A stretch of DNA of 64,000 bases from Octopus sinensis (GCF_006345805.1 NC_043023.1:806001-870000); one strand, 5' to 3'. Positions 37,139 to 50,814 are shown, counted from the first letter of the stretch. Program-made: numbers and translations. The notes: generated by a model from the sequence alone, not told the origin.

Positions 37139-37825
37139 CATTCGTGCCAGAAGCTCCAGTACAAACATTTCAGAGTGCTTGGGTGTCAATCTGAGGACAT
37201 GTACCAAGAGTGATAAAAATCAAACACCCAGTCAACATGATGGTGTTTCAAGTGATCACTAGTGATGGCAATGTTATGCCTCCCTTCATCTACCTGCACG
37301 ACCTCAGATTCAATACGGAGGCTTACATCAAGTGTCTTGAGGAGGTAGTGCTGCCCTGGATCAAGACAGTGGCTGCTGGAAGACCCTATGTCTGGTAAGA
37401 TGGTAAGAAGACTCTGTACCATGCCACACAAAGAGAACCCAGTCATGGCTGTCAGACAATTTCTGTTACTACATCACCCCTAACATCTGTCCACCTAATT
37501 CCCCAAACTGCAACCCTTTTGATTATTATGTGTGGGGCGCAGTTGAGCAAGAGACCCACAAAACTCCTTGTAACACCAAAGATAAACTGAAAGCAAGGAT
37601 TATGGCAGCATTCACCAACAAGGAGACCGTCCAGAAGAGTTGCAGGAGATTTCGAAGTCGTCTGGAGGCCATGGTTGAAGCCAATGGCGATTTCATTGAA
37701 TAAATTTACTGTTTAGTATTTCAAGCTATCTTTATGCAATTTTAGTAAATATATCTCTTAAAAGGAGACATCGGTGTTATTTTCATTTTTATGTAATTTA
37801 GACAATATATTCACTGTATCCTGTA
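37139..37825 (+). pseudogene. Tc1/mariner-superfamily DD37D (maT-like) transposase 3' part
   Basis: KHPVNMMVF.VITSDGNVMPPF..LEEVVLPWIKTVAAGRPYVW..DSVPCHT..PPNSPNCNPFDYYVWGAVE..RFRSRLEAMVEANGDFIE*. D-D spacing is 36 in this copy. Ends cctgta. Confidence 0.85.
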
Positions 37826-37909
37826 TACATATATATATATATATATATATATTTAAAAGTGAACTCAAATAGCATTTAAAGTTTACAACAGCTGTTTCTG
37901 GTATCCTAT

Positions 37910-38990
37910 GAGTCAATGTGCCTTATAACTAGTACATGAAGCATCATATGTGGTGTGCAAGGGAGACGACTGCACTAGTATAGTCATGTGTTGCGAATGA
38001 ATGTGGACAGATGTGTGAAAAAGTGTCCCAGCCAAGCAGTTGAGGGAACCTGTGGAAGAGGTAGACCCAGGAAAACCTGGGATGAGGTGGTGAAGCACGA
38101 CCTTTGAACATTGGGCCTTACTGAGGCAATGAGTAGTGACCAGGACCTTTGGAGATATGCTGTGCTTGAGAAGACCTGACAAGCCAAGTGAGACCACAGC
38201 CCATGGCCTATGCCAGTGGGTGTAACCAGTCCACTTATGAATGCCCCTCATTTGTTGGACAATAAACTTTGCTTGTGAAAACCTATTGAGGCAAGTGAAA
38301 TCAAAATCAAAATTGCTGACATGGCCAACGACAGTACCACTTGATTGGCACTCAATGTGGAACATTAAAAGCACATCTAATCATGGGATGTGACCGGGCT
38401 ACTTATGAGTACGCCTCATTCATTGGACAATGAACTTTGCTTGCAAAGACCTATTGAGGCAAGTGTAAACAAACCAAAATCGCAGACGTGGCCGATGACA
38501 GAACCACCTGATTGGCACTCATGCCAGTGGAATGTTAAAAGCACCATCCGAGCATGATTGTTGCCAGGGCCACAGATTTGCTCCCATGCCGGTGACATGT
38601 GGAAAGCACCATTCAAGCATGATCGTTGCCAGAGTCGCCTTACCGGCACATGTGCCGGTGGCATGTGAAAAACAGCATTTGAGCATGGTCGTTGCCAGTG
38701 CCGCCAGACTGGCTCCCATGCAGGTAGCATGTAAAAACACCATTTGAGCGCGAGCGTGGTCGTTGCCAGAACCAACTGACTGGACCTCGTGCTGGTGGTA
38801 CATAAAAAGCACCCACTACACTCTCAGAGTGGTTGGCGTTAGGAAGGGCATCCAGCTGTAGAAACTTTGCCAGATCAGATTGGAGCCTGGTGCAGCCTCT
38901 GGCTCACCAGTTTTCAGTCAAACCGTTCAACCCATGGTAGCATGGAAGGCTGACATTAAACAATGATGATGATGATGATATAGATGCAGG
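37910..38990 (+). mobile_element. 5'-truncated RTE LINE: ORF2 C-terminus, repeat-rich 3' UTR, (GAT)n tail
   Basis: RRLH*YSHVLRMNVDRCVKKC..VEGTCGRGRPRKTWDEVVKHDL*TLGLTEAM..WRYAVLEKT. The UTR has about 45-50-bp subrepeats. This is the source family of the many UTR fragments. Confidence 0.9.
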
Positions 38991-39281
38991 CACAGCTGCA
39001 TGTCACCTTGGCTAAGTGTCTTTTATTATAAATGGAGTTGGTAGATGGAAACTGATAGAAGCCTGTCATATATATGTGTGTGTTTTTGTGTCTGTATTTG
39101 TTGTCAACCAACACTTGACAACCGGTGTTGGTGTGTTTATGTTCCCGTGAATTAGTTTGTCAAAAGAGTCCAATAGAAATCGACTGGAGTTGATTTATTT
39201 GACTGAAAAAGTCCTTGAAGGCGGTGTGCCAGCATTGTTGTGGTCTAAAGACTGAAACAAATAAAAGATATTTATATATAT

Positions 39282-39565
39282 ATAGAATGGTTGTATACTG
39301 TTAATCTAACACGAACGTGACAGTAGGGGATTACACCACCGCTGTTTAGCCCTAGGAAACATCGACGCCTCCTGATGGCGTTGACACATTTTTCCTGTGT
39401 CCTTATATACATTTACATTGTCTCCCCTTCGTAAATGTATATAAGGACACAGAAAAAATGTGTCAAAGCCATCAGGAGGCGTCGATGCTTCCTAGGGCTA
39501 AACAGCGGTGGTGTACCCCCCTACTGTCACGTTTGTGTTAGATTGACAGTATACAACCATTCTAT
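39282..39565. mobile_element. Foldback element, 135-bp arms, 14-nt spacer
   Basis: atagaatggttgtatactg..atatacatttac (attgtctccccttc) gtaaatgtatat..cagtatacaaccattctat, about 6-7 differences. Confidence 0.85.
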
Positions 39566-39614
39566 CGCCCCACCACCGTACATGTCTCTACGAGAGATTT
39601 AGAAATTTAGTATT

Positions 39615-39659
<45 letters not shown>

Positions 39660-41299
39660 TAAATGAGTGGGTCAACATCTATTTAGATATGAGATGAGGT
39701 CTTGAAATACTGGACAATGTCCAGTTTACTCGATGACCATTTGGAACGGTCCTGCACCTTAGCTTACATTAAATCAAATCTTTAAACAAACGCTTCCTAC
39801 AACAACATTGTGGCCTACATTAAATTTATAGCCAAAGCAATAAAACACAACATTAATTTTATTTGCAATAATTTCACAGAAATTATCCAAAATGAATGAA
39901 GGTTTAGTTCTGTATTTTGTTGGCACCGTTTGAAGTGATGTCGTGGCTTTCCTCCCAATCGGCTCTTTTGTTGCCGTTTTTCTGCTAAAAATCATTGCCT
40001 TTGTTTCAATTAACTTTTAACATAATGAAGAATTTAGTAAATGAACTGTGTCATTATTAATCTGGTGTTTTAGAACATAAATTAACATGGAATTTAAATG
40101 GAGGGATTTAATTTAGATCAGCTTAACCCTTTTCTTACTGTATTTCTATTCAGATGCCCTGTCTTTGTCTCAAATAGTTTGGAATATAATGAAGAATTTG
40201 TATGATAATTTTATCATTATTAAGCTAATGTCTGGAGCATAAATAAAGCTAAAATTTTGATGGCAGGTTTTAATTTAGATGTATTTAACCCTTTTGTTCC
40301 CATATTTCTAAAAATAAGGATGAATTTAGTAAAAGGACTTTGTTATCATGAAGTTTATAAAAGGTTTTGATAGAGGTTTCTAAGATCACTTTAACCCTTT
40401 TGTTCCCATATTTCTGTTGAAATACACTGCCTTTGTTTTAATAAATTCTAAAAATAGGGAAGAATTCAGTAAAAGGACTTTGTTATCATTAAGCTGATAC
40501 TTGGAACATAAGCTAACATAAGGTTTTGATGGAGGTTTCTAAGATCACTTTAACCCTTTTGTTCCCATATTTCCGTCGAAATGCACTGTCTGTGTTTCAA
40601 TAAATTTTAAAATAAGAAAGAATTTAGAAAATTTACTTTGTCATTATGAACATGGAACTTTGATGGAAGACTTTAATTAAGATCACTTTAACCCCTCAGT
40701 CACCATATTTCTTATCAAATATACTGTTTCTGCCTCAATTCATTATGAATAAATTTATAAATTTATAAAATAATTTTGTCATTATTAAACTAGTGTTTGG
40801 AACATAGGTTAACATGGAATTTTGATGGAAGGTTTATTTGGATCAATTTAACCTTTTTGTTATCATATTTTTATTAAAATACACTGTTTCAATAAATTTG
40901 GAAAATGATGAAGAATTTAGTAAAATTACTTCATCATTATTTAATCAGAACATAGATTAACATCAAATTTTAATGGAAGCTTTTAGCATAAATCATTTTA
41001 AAATATTGAATCTGTATTATAGAACCAGTGCCAGTTTCAGTCAAGGGCCAACCCATTTGTTCCCATATTTCTGATGAAATACATTGCTTTTGTTTCGATA
41101 AATTTTGAAAATTTGGAAGAATTTAGTAAAAGAACTTTCTCATTATTAAGCTGGTGTTTGGAACGTAAGTTAACATAAAATTTTGATGGAAGTTTCTAAG
41201 ATCACTTTAACTCTTTTGTTCTCATATTTCTGTTGAAATGCACTGCCTTCGTTTCAATGAATTTGTAAAAACAGTCGAAATTGAACCAAATTTAATGAC

Positions 41300-41755
41300 T
41301 GGCACCGGTGCTAGTGGAGCGCTAACAGCTCCATCCGAGTGGGATCACTGCCAGACGAGCTGTCTGGCTTCCGTGCTGGTGGCATGTAACAAGCACCATT
41401 TGAGCGTGATCGTTACCTGCGTTGTCTTACTGGCACTTGTGTAGGTGGCACGTGAGCAAAACATTCAAGCGAGGTCGTTGCTGGTGCCGCTGGACTGACT
41501 CTTGTGCAGGTCACACGTAAAAAGCACCATTTGAGCGTGGCCATTGCCAGTACTGCCAGACTGGCCCTCGTGCTGGTGGCATGTGAAAGCACCCACTACA
41601 CTCTTGGAGTGGTTGGCATTAGGAAGGGCAACCAGCTGTAGAAACTCTGCCAGATCAGATTGGAGCCTGATGCAGCCATCCGGTTTGCCAGTCCTCAGTC
41701 AAATCGTCCAACCCATGCTAGCATGGAAAGCGGACGTTAAATGATGATGATGATG
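41300..41755 (+). mobile_element. RTE 3' UTR
   Basis: Subrepeats and (GAT)n tail. Confidence 0.85.
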
Positions 41756-41988
41756 AATAAAAAATTTAGAAAAATTACTTTGCCATTATTAACATGAGAT
41801 TTTGATGGAAGGATTTAATTCCGATCACTTCTTACCATATTTCAATTCAAATGCACTGTCGTTTTTTTAATTAGTTTGGAATATAATGAAGAATTTCATG
41901 GAACATAAATTAGCATAAAATTTTGATGGCAGGTTTATTTGGATCACTTTAACCATTTTGTTCTCATATTTCTTTTGAAATACACTAT

Positions 41989-42400
41989 AGGTGCAGGAAT
42001 GGCTGTGTGGTAAGTAGCTTGCTTACCAACTACATGGTTCCGGGTTCAGTCACACTGTGTGGCACCTTGGGCAAGTGTCTTCTACTATAGCCTTGGGACG
42101 ACCAGAACTTTGAGTGGATTTGGTAGACGGAAACTGAAAGAAGCCCGTCGTATATATGTATATATGTATATGTATGTGTGTGTATGTGTTTGTGTGTCTA
42201 TGTTTGTCCCCCCAACATTGCTTGAGAACCGATGCTGGTGTGCTTACATACCCGTGACTTAGCGGTTCGGCAAACAAGACCGATAGAATAAGTACTAGGC
42301 TTACAAAAGAATAAGTCTTGGGGGCGATTTGCTCGACTAAAGGTGGTGCTCCAGCATAGCCGTAGTCAAATGACTGAAACAAATAAAAGAGTAAAAGAGT
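41989..42400 (+). mobile_element. SINE family A, full length
   Basis: Head, core and tail. Confidence 0.9.
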
Positions 42401-43176
42401 GCCTTTATTTCAATAAATTTGTAAAATAATAAAGAATTTAGAAATATTACTTTGCCTTTATTGTTAACATAAAATTTTATTTACATAAAATTTTGAAGAT
42501 TACTTTAACCCCTTTGTTACCATACTTCTATTCAAATATTCTGTTTTAATTAGTTTGGAATATAATGAAAAATTTTATAAAATAACCTTGTCATTGTTAA
42601 GCTGATATCTGCAACACTTTTGATAGCAGGTTTACTTGGATCAGTTTAACCTTTTTGCTATAAAATTCTTGCCTTTGTTTCAATAAATTTTGAAAAATAA
42701 CTCTGTTATTATTATTATTAAGATGGAAAAAGTAAAATAAATTTGTCATCATTAAGCTGGAACATCGATTAACATGAAATTCTAACGGAAGCTTTTAGCA
42801 TAAATCATTTTAGAATATTGAATTTGTATCACAGAACCGGTGCCAGTCTCAGACACATTGGTATCAAAAGATTTCATTCTTATATTAACATGTTTTGTTC
42901 AAATGCACAGCCTTTGTTGCAAGGAGTTTTGGTTATAATGATGGAATTACTAATACAACTTTGTTATTATTTCGTTTTGGGATTTGGTTTGCAAGATTCT
43001 TTATATGAGTTTGTGTGTTGAAGCATATTCTATTGTGTCTGGGGAGAGTCATTTTCTTTTTGTGCCTTATAATTTAACATTATTTATCTGATGTTTGGAA
43101 ATATAAGTGAACGTAAAATTTTGATGGTAGGTTTTAATTTAAGATCACTTTAACCCTTTTGTTACCATATTTGGAT

Positions 43177-43583
43177 AGGCGCAGGAGTGGTGTGTGGTAA
43201 GTAGCTTGCTAACCAACCACATGGTTTCCGGTTCAGTCCCACTGCATGGCATCTTGGGCAAGTGTCTTCTGCTATAGCCCCGGGTCGACCAATGCCTTGT
43301 GAGTGGATTTGGTAGACGGAAACTGAAAAGAAGCCTGTCGTATATATGTATATATATATGTATGTGTGTGTGTTTGTGTGTCTGTGTTTGTCCCCCTAGC
43401 ATTGCTTGACAACCGATGCTGGTGTGTTTACGTCCCCGTTACTTAGCGGTTCAGCAGAAGAGACCGATAGAATAAGTACTGGGCTTACAAAGAATAAGTC
43501 CCGGGGTCGATTTGCTCGACTAAAGGTGGTGCTCCAGCATGGCCGCAGTCAAATGACTGAAACAAGTAAAAGAGAGTAAAGAG
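43177..43583 (+). mobile_element. SINE family A, full length, little decayed
   Basis: Head, core and tail with many CpGs retained. Confidence 0.9.
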
Positions 43584-43919
43584 TATATTCCTGTTGAACA
43601 CGAAATTTTGATGGAAGTTTGTTTCCTGCTAGTTTCTATCTTTTATCTTTTACTTCCTTCAGTCATTAGATCATGGCCATGCTGGGGCACCACTTTGAAA
43701 AGTTTAGATGGACAAATCCACCCCCAACAGGTATTTGTTAAGCCTGTATATATTCTCTCATTGTCTTTCACTAAGATACAAGGACAAACCAACATTGGTA
43801 GTCAAGCAGTGGGGATCAAACACACACTGGGCAGGCTTCCACACAGTTTCTGTCTACTCAAAGGGCATTACTATTGTACTTGCTGCTGCTATTACTATTA
43901 TCATCATCATCACCATTAT

Positions 43920-44255
43920 TACGTGGCCGTAGCCAGCACCGCATCGACTGGCCTCCGTGCTGGTGGCACGTAACAAACACCATCCGATCGTGGCCGTGCC
44001 AGCCCTGCCTGGCCTCCGTGCCGGTGGCACGTAAAAAACACCATCTGAGCGTGGCCGTTCGCCAGCCTCGTCTGGCACCTGTGTCAGTGGCACATAAAAA
44101 GCACCCACTACACTTGTTGGCGTTAGGAAGGGCATCCAGCTGTAGAAACACCGCCAGATCTGACTGGCCTGGTACAGCCTTCTGGCTTTCCAGACCCCAG
44201 TTGAACCATCCAACCCATGCTAGCATGGAAAGCGGACGTTAAACGATGATGATTA
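43920..44255 (+). mobile_element. RTE 3' UTR, little decayed
   Basis: CpG-rich subrepeats, ggacgttaaacgatgatga. Confidence 0.85.
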
Positions 44256-44524
44256 TTATTATTATTATTATTATCATTATTATTATTATTATTATTGTTG
44301 TTGTTACTTTTGAGTTAGTTTTACTGGAACTGGTAAACCAGAGAGCTACACCAGGTTCCAGTCTGTTTTGGCTTGATTTCTAAGGCAAGATGCCCTTCCT
44401 AATGCCAACCACTCCAGAGAGTGTACTGGGTGCCTTTTACATGTCACCAGTATGGATGTCTTTTATGGCACAGGCCACAATTACAATTTTTAATCAGTTT
44501 ATGGCCAGTTTAAATGTTAAAGGG

Positions 44525-44648
44525 TTAATGGTATGCACACCTGTGGAGTACTCGGCCACTTGCACATTATTTCGTTATTTTCATGAGCAGGCTGTTCCCT
44601 TGATTGGATCAACTGGAATCCTCAAGGTCGTAATCAAAGGAGTGCGAC
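44525..44648 (+). mobile_element. Isolated tail type 2 (same as the 3' end of SINE C at 28341)
   Basis: ctgtggagtactcggccacttgcac..catgagcaggctgttcccttgattggatcaactgg..ggagtgc. Confidence 0.7.
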
Positions 44649-44669
44649 ATAAGTAAAGATGGTGGTGTA

Positions 44670-44697
44670 GATGATGATGATGATGATGATGATGACA

Positions 44698-44729
<32 letters not shown>

Positions 44730-45930
44730 CAACATTCTCTCTCTCCTCGGAATAATGATGATGATAATGATGATGGTGACAATTTTACCGGTGATGACAA
44801 TTATGATGATGATAGTGATGATGATGATGGTGATGATGATGAAAATGGTGGTAATGATGATGACAGTTTTACTGGTGGTAATAACAATTGATGAGGTGGC
44901 AATTGTAATGATGATGATGATGATATTGGTGATGGTAATGATGATAACAATGATGTTGAGGATGATGATATTAATGTTGATGATGAGGTTGGTGATGAGG
45001 TTGGTGATGATAATGATGCTGATGATGATGATTATAATAATGTTCATGATGATATTGATGATGATGATGATGAGGTTGGTGATGATAATGATGCTGATGA
45101 TGATGATTATAATGATGTTCATGATGTTAATGTTAATGATGATGAGGAGGTTGGTGATGATAATGATGTTGATGATGATATTGCTGCTGCTGCTGCTGAT
45201 GATGATGATGCTGATGACAATGATATTGATGATGATGAGGAGGAGGAGGAGGAAGATGGTGATAATAATGATGATGATGATGATGATATTGCTGCTAATG
45301 GTGATGATGGTGAAGTTAGGAAGAAGAAGAAGAAGAAGAAGAAGAAGAAGAAGAAGAAAGATAATAATAGCAGAAAGCAGAAAAGAAGGGTTAGATAGGT
45401 AGAGAGAGAGAGAGAGAGAGGGAGTGAGAAAGGAGATAGACAGGGAAAGAGAGAGTGAGGAAGAGAATGAGAAAATAAAGAGAGAGGGAGACGGTGTAGG
45501 GAGAGAGGTAGGGGAGGAAGCGAGTGTTGGAAAATGGTGATCGTACAAGGAAGTACAAGGCGGAAACGGAAGTGAAGACGGAAGAAGGAGGAGGAGGAAG
45601 AGGAGACGAAGCAAGGAAGGAGGCATAAGGCGGGGACAGTGTGGTGTGTGGGAGTGGCGGCGGTGGTGGAGTGGGTGGGGAGGGGTATACTGGTGTTAAG
45701 GTACGTGTGGTGGTGGTGGTGGTGGTGGTGGTGGTGGTGGACGTGTATCATGGTGGAGGGGAAAACATTTATAATAATTAAGTTAATCAAATTTGATGTA
45801 TTTAATCCATTAAGGGAGGTGGTGGGTGTGGTTTGGAGGTGGGGGCGATGGTGGAATGGTGTGAAGGGAAAGGGAGGGGAGGGAGAGAGAGAGGGTTTAG
45901 GGAAAGAGAGGGAGGGAGAGGTGATGGTGG
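44670..45930. repeat. (GAT)n, (GAA)n, (GA)n and (GGT)n microsatellites
   Basis: Direct reading. Confidence 0.95.
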
Positions 45931-45979
45931 AATGAGGAAGTCACCAAAGAGACAAATGGGACAAGAAAGAGAAGTAGAG

Positions 45980-46361
45980 ACAGATAGATAGACAGTAAGT
46001 AGGTAGATAGATTAATAGATAGATAGATAGATAGATGGATAGAAGATACATAGAGATAGATACATACATACATACATACATACATTGAGAGACAGACAGA
46101 CAGATAGATAGATAGATAGATAGATAGACACATAGAAGATACATACATACATACATACATACATACATTGAGAGACAGACAGACAGATAGATGATAGATA
46201 GTAGATAGACACTAGATAGATACTACATACATACATACATACATACATACATACATACATACATTGAGAGACAGACAGACAGATAGATATGTTTCTTTAT
46301 TAGCCACACAGGGCTGCACACAGATAGAACAAATTACAAGGTAGAGCTTTTCTTTTGAAGG

Positions 46362-46392
<31 letters not shown>

Positions 46393-47118
46393 GAAGGGGG
46401 AGTTTCGATCAAAAGGGATCGTAAAAGGAAAGAAAGAGGACAAAAAGGGGGGTTAAAAAAAAAGGGTGAGAGGAAAAAAAAAAAAAATGGATCAATAGGG
46501 ATCGTTATCACAGAAATGTCAATATGAAGTGTAAAGGGGAGGACAGGTGAGGTTTACCCGTGGAAGAAAAGCCTACGGAAAAGACCACGGTAACTCGGTC
46601 AATGGAGTCACATGTTATATTTCTTTTTTTTTTTTTTTTGCAAATAAGCAACTCTCTGTTTTCAATTTCTGGGTTCATAGGATCATGCTCAAGGTGGCTT
46701 CGTCATTCATACGTGCCATTCTTGCTACATTCACCCATCATTTTTTAAAACATTCGCTAGACAAAACTTGCCTCTCTACTCTCACTTTCCTCTTCAAGTG
46801 ATACTTGAAGAAGTTGATGAGAGATTGACCAGAGAGGAAAGTGTTTGTCTCCAATCCTTTCAGACGCGTCCACCAGATACATTCTTTCGCCATAGCCACA
46901 AGGATGATGAAAATAGCTCTTCCTTCCCGTTTGAAGGAGGGAGGCGTGACAATATTAACGATAGACTCAGCTGATAAACCGACTCGTCCCACACGTGACA
47001 GCAGTTGTTCGACACAAGCCCACAGGTCGGAAATTGTTGGACACTGCACGAGAGATAGATAGATAGATAGATAGATAGATGATAGATAGATAGATAGATA
47101 GATAGATAGGTAGGTAGT

Positions 47119-47154
<36 letters not shown>

Positions 47155-47429
47155 CAGATACATATATACATACATACATACATACATACATACATTGAGA
47201 GACAGACAGACAGATAGATAGATAGATAGATAGATAGGTAGTTAGATAGGTAGATAGATAGATAGATAGAAGGATAGATAGAAAAAGATAGATAGATACA
47301 TACATACATACATACACACACACATACATACGTACATAAATACATACATACATACATACATACATACGTACATACATACATAGATACATACATACATACA
47401 TACATACATACATTGAGAGACAGACAGAC

Positions 47430-47467
<38 letters not shown>

Positions 47468-47496
47468 GTAGGTAGGTAGGTTGATAGGTAGGTAGT

Positions 47497-47541
<45 letters not shown>

Positions 47542-47592
47542 CATACATATATACATACATACATACATACATACATTGAGAGACAGACAGCC

Positions 47593-47634
<42 letters not shown>

Positions 47635-47937
47635 GTAGGTAGTTAGATAGGTAGATAGATAGATAGATAGAAGGATAGATAGAAAAAGATAGATAGATAC
47701 ATACATACATACATACACACACATACATACGTACATAAATACATACATACATACATACGTACATACATACATAGATACATACATGCATACATACATACAT
47801 ACATACATACATACACACACACATACACACACATACATACATACATACATACATACACACATACACACATACATACATACATACATACATGCATACATAG
47901 ATAAACAGACAGACAGATAGATAGATGGATATATGGG

Positions 47938-47973
<36 letters not shown>

Positions 47974-48819
47974 AAGATAATAGATAGATAGATTGATTAA
48001 TTGATTGATAGAGAGAGACAGACAGACAGATAGATAGAGAGAGAGAGAGAGAGACAGACAGACAGGAAGGCAGGCAGATAGATAGATAGATAGATGCATG
48101 CATGCATGCACGCATACATACATACATACATACACACACACTTACACGCATGCATGCATACATAATACATAATACATACATACATACATACACACATATA
48201 AACATACATACATACATACATACACACATACATACATACATACATACATACATACATACATACACACATATATACATACACACATACATACATACAACAC
48301 ATACATACACACATACATACATACATACACACATAACATACATACATACATACATACATACATACATACACACATTACATACATACATAAATACATACAC
48401 ACACATACATACACACATACAAACATACATACATACATACATACATACACACATACACACACACATATACCTACATACACACTACAATACATACATACAT
48501 ACATACACACATACATACATACATAAATACATACACCACACACATCACATACATACACACATACACACATACAACATACAACATACATACATACACACAT
48601 ACACACACCATACATACATACATACACACATACATACACACATACATATATACATAGATACATACACACATACATACATACATACTCACATACATACACA
48701 CACACATACATACATACATACACACATACATACATACATACACACATACATACATATATACACACATACATACATACATACACACACACATACATACATA
48801 CATACATACATACACACAC

Positions 48820-48850
<31 letters not shown>

Positions 48851-48890
48851 TATATATACATACATAGACAGACAGACAGACAGATAGGTA
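45980..48890. repeat. Compound (GATA)n/(CATA)n array with higher-order units anchored by cattgagagacagacag
   Basis: Anchor at about 46083, 46166, 46262, 47193, 47411 and 47575. An about 200-bp block at 47195-47400 recurs at about 47577-47790. Confidence 0.9.
46289..47052 (-). mobile_element. 5'-truncated L1/Tx1-like LINE
   Basis: LVQCPTISDLWACVEQLL..AMAKECIWWTRLKGL..FFKYHLKRKVRVER..WVNVARMARM (ORF2 C-terminus). 3' UTR ends gcagccctgtgtggctAATAAAgaaac. Confidence 0.75.
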
Positions 48891-49497
48891 GAAATAAATA
48901 GAGTAACAGATAGATGGCTAGCTAACTAGACAGATGCATATATAGAGAGATAGATAGAAAGGTGGCTTGACAGACAGACAGACTGATTGATTGATTGATT
49001 GATTGATGGATGGATAGATCAGTACGTGTATAGGTAGACTGACAGACAGACAGATAGATAGGTGGATAGATGGAGGGAGGGGAAGAGAGAAGGTGAGGTG
49101 GAATGGGGAAGTCACAGAGAGACAGACAAACAGACACAAAGAGATTAAGTTAAAGTGATAAGTGAGAGAGAGAGGTTGAGATAGAGGATGACAGAGAGGG
49201 TTAAATGAGAGAGAGAGTGGATACAGAGATATAGTGAGAGAGTGAGAAAGAGGAAGGACAAAAGAGAAACAGGGAGAGGGCAGAAGAAGGAGAACAGTGA
49301 AAAGTGTGAGAGGGGCAATAGATGTAGTGGGCAGGGGAGTATGATGTTATAAAGGATTTGTGTAATTGTGTGTGTTTTCTTAAAATCTGTATATGTGAAC
49401 GTGAGAGAGAGAGAGAGGCGTGTGGTGTTATAAATGTATGTGTATGTATGTGATTGTGTGTGTGTGTATGTGTGTATTTGTCTACATGGTTTTATAA

Positions 49498-49534
<37 letters not shown>

Positions 49535-49899
49535 AACTGATGTATGTGTGCTTGATTTCTTAAGATGTGTGAGAGTCTTTGTGTGTGTGTGTCGTATCTT
49601 TAGACATAGGTACCGGCATGACTGTGTGGTAAGAAGCTTGCTTCCCAACCACATGGTTCCAGGTTCGATCCTACTGCATAGCACCTTGGGCAAGAGTCTT
49701 CTACTATAGCCTTGGGTCAACCAAAGCCTTGTGAGTGGATTTGGTAGATGGAAACTGAAACCACACCACACCACACAACCCCACACACATTAGCACTGAC
49801 CACTTCCCAGCATCCACACCATCATCCACACACCTACACATGCACACATCAAGGTCACCAGCCCCCTTTCACATGCACACACACACAAACTCACACACG

Positions 49900-50150
49900 C
49901 TCACACGTGCCTTCATTTTGGGATCACCACTACTTTATTAGCTCTCTTGTGTGACCCCTCTGTCCGACATTCGACATGATAGATCGCTAGCCAGTAAACC
50001 TTTTTTATTTTCTCTCCCTGTTTATTTCTGTATTCCTTTCTGTCGAAGAGCATAGGCTTGAAACATAAAAGACTTTCTCACTTCCTGAGTATGTCTTTTT
50101 GTTGTTTACACACCCATCTTTATCTTTTGTTTTTTTGTAAATTCTCACTA
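49900..50150 (+). mobile_element. Penelope-like terminal repeat fragment with hammerhead-like motif (50035-50072)
   Basis: ccttt-CTGTCGA-A-gagc(atag)gctt-GAAA-ca-TA-aaag. U at core position 6. Confidence 0.5.
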
Positions 50151-50170
50151 TATATATATGTATATATATA

Positions 50171-50814
50171 TATCAGGGCATCCCATAAATAATGCAGATT
50201 TTTATATTTTATTTTTCAAAATCAAGATAAACAAAGTTCCCTTTTAACTTAAACTATACTCTCCTTCATTTTCTACAATGCTCCCCCATCTATCTGTTAG
50301 ACTTGCAAGGCCTCTCTTACAAAATTCGCTCTCCATCATGAAAAATATTTTTCCAGTACTGTTCTGACATTGTCTACAGAATTCATATTTTTCCGTCCAA
50401 ATGATTTCGAAGACTGGAGAATGAAATATAATCAACTGGAGCAATGTCCAGTGAATATGCTGGGTGGGGTATCGTTTCCCATTCAAACTGCTCCTCACTG
50501 TATGTGGCGAAGCATTATCCTGATAGAACACTTTTTCTTCTTGAAACCAAAGATGGTCATTTTCCTTCTAGTGCTGACTTAAGCTACTCATAGTAGATCT
50601 CCTGTGTTATCGTTTGGTTTGGGTTTAAAAGTTCAAAGTGGACTAAACCTTTCATATCCCACCAAACAGATAACAACACCTTACATAGGTGAAGACCTTC
50701 TTTAGACTAGGACACTGGCAGTTCTCCTTTCCCTACCCACTGTCTTCAGGGCTTGACATTTTTATAGAGGACCTATTTCTCCTCACCAGTCACTATTCAG
50801 TCCATAATAGGTTC
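50171..50814 (-). mobile_element. Mariner 3' half, same family as 2682 and 6639
   Basis: TIR cagggcatcccataaataatgc. YQDNASPH..FCKRGLASLTDRWGSIVENEGEY. The sequence stops near the first catalytic D. Confidence 0.85.

Larger units (their letters stand above)
39980..43172 (+). repeat. Degenerate satellite of about 110-160-bp monomers, each starting ttaaccctttt
   Basis: At least 13 monomers (ttaa at about 40123, 40285, 40391, 40550, 40688, 40848, 41207, 41949, 42505, 42646, 43150). Interrupted by an RTE UTR (41300-41755) and SINE A (41989-42400). Confidence 0.85.

Noticed and set aside
38230-38820. CRISPR-like repeat/spacer pattern (ggcatgtaaaaagcacc units)
   Set aside because: Degenerate tandem subrepeats in an RTE 3' UTR of a eukaryote. 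The spacers are homologous to each other and there are no cas genes.
44634-45626. Long ORFs of 243-330 aa (poly-M, poly-I/L)
   Set aside because: Translations of (GAT)n/(ATC)n microsatellite, with no splice or domain evidence.
46967-48887. 499-aa and other MYVC/HTYI ORFs
   Set aside because: (TATG)n/(TATC)n repeats lack stops in these frames. The only real coding part nearby is the Tx1-like fragment.
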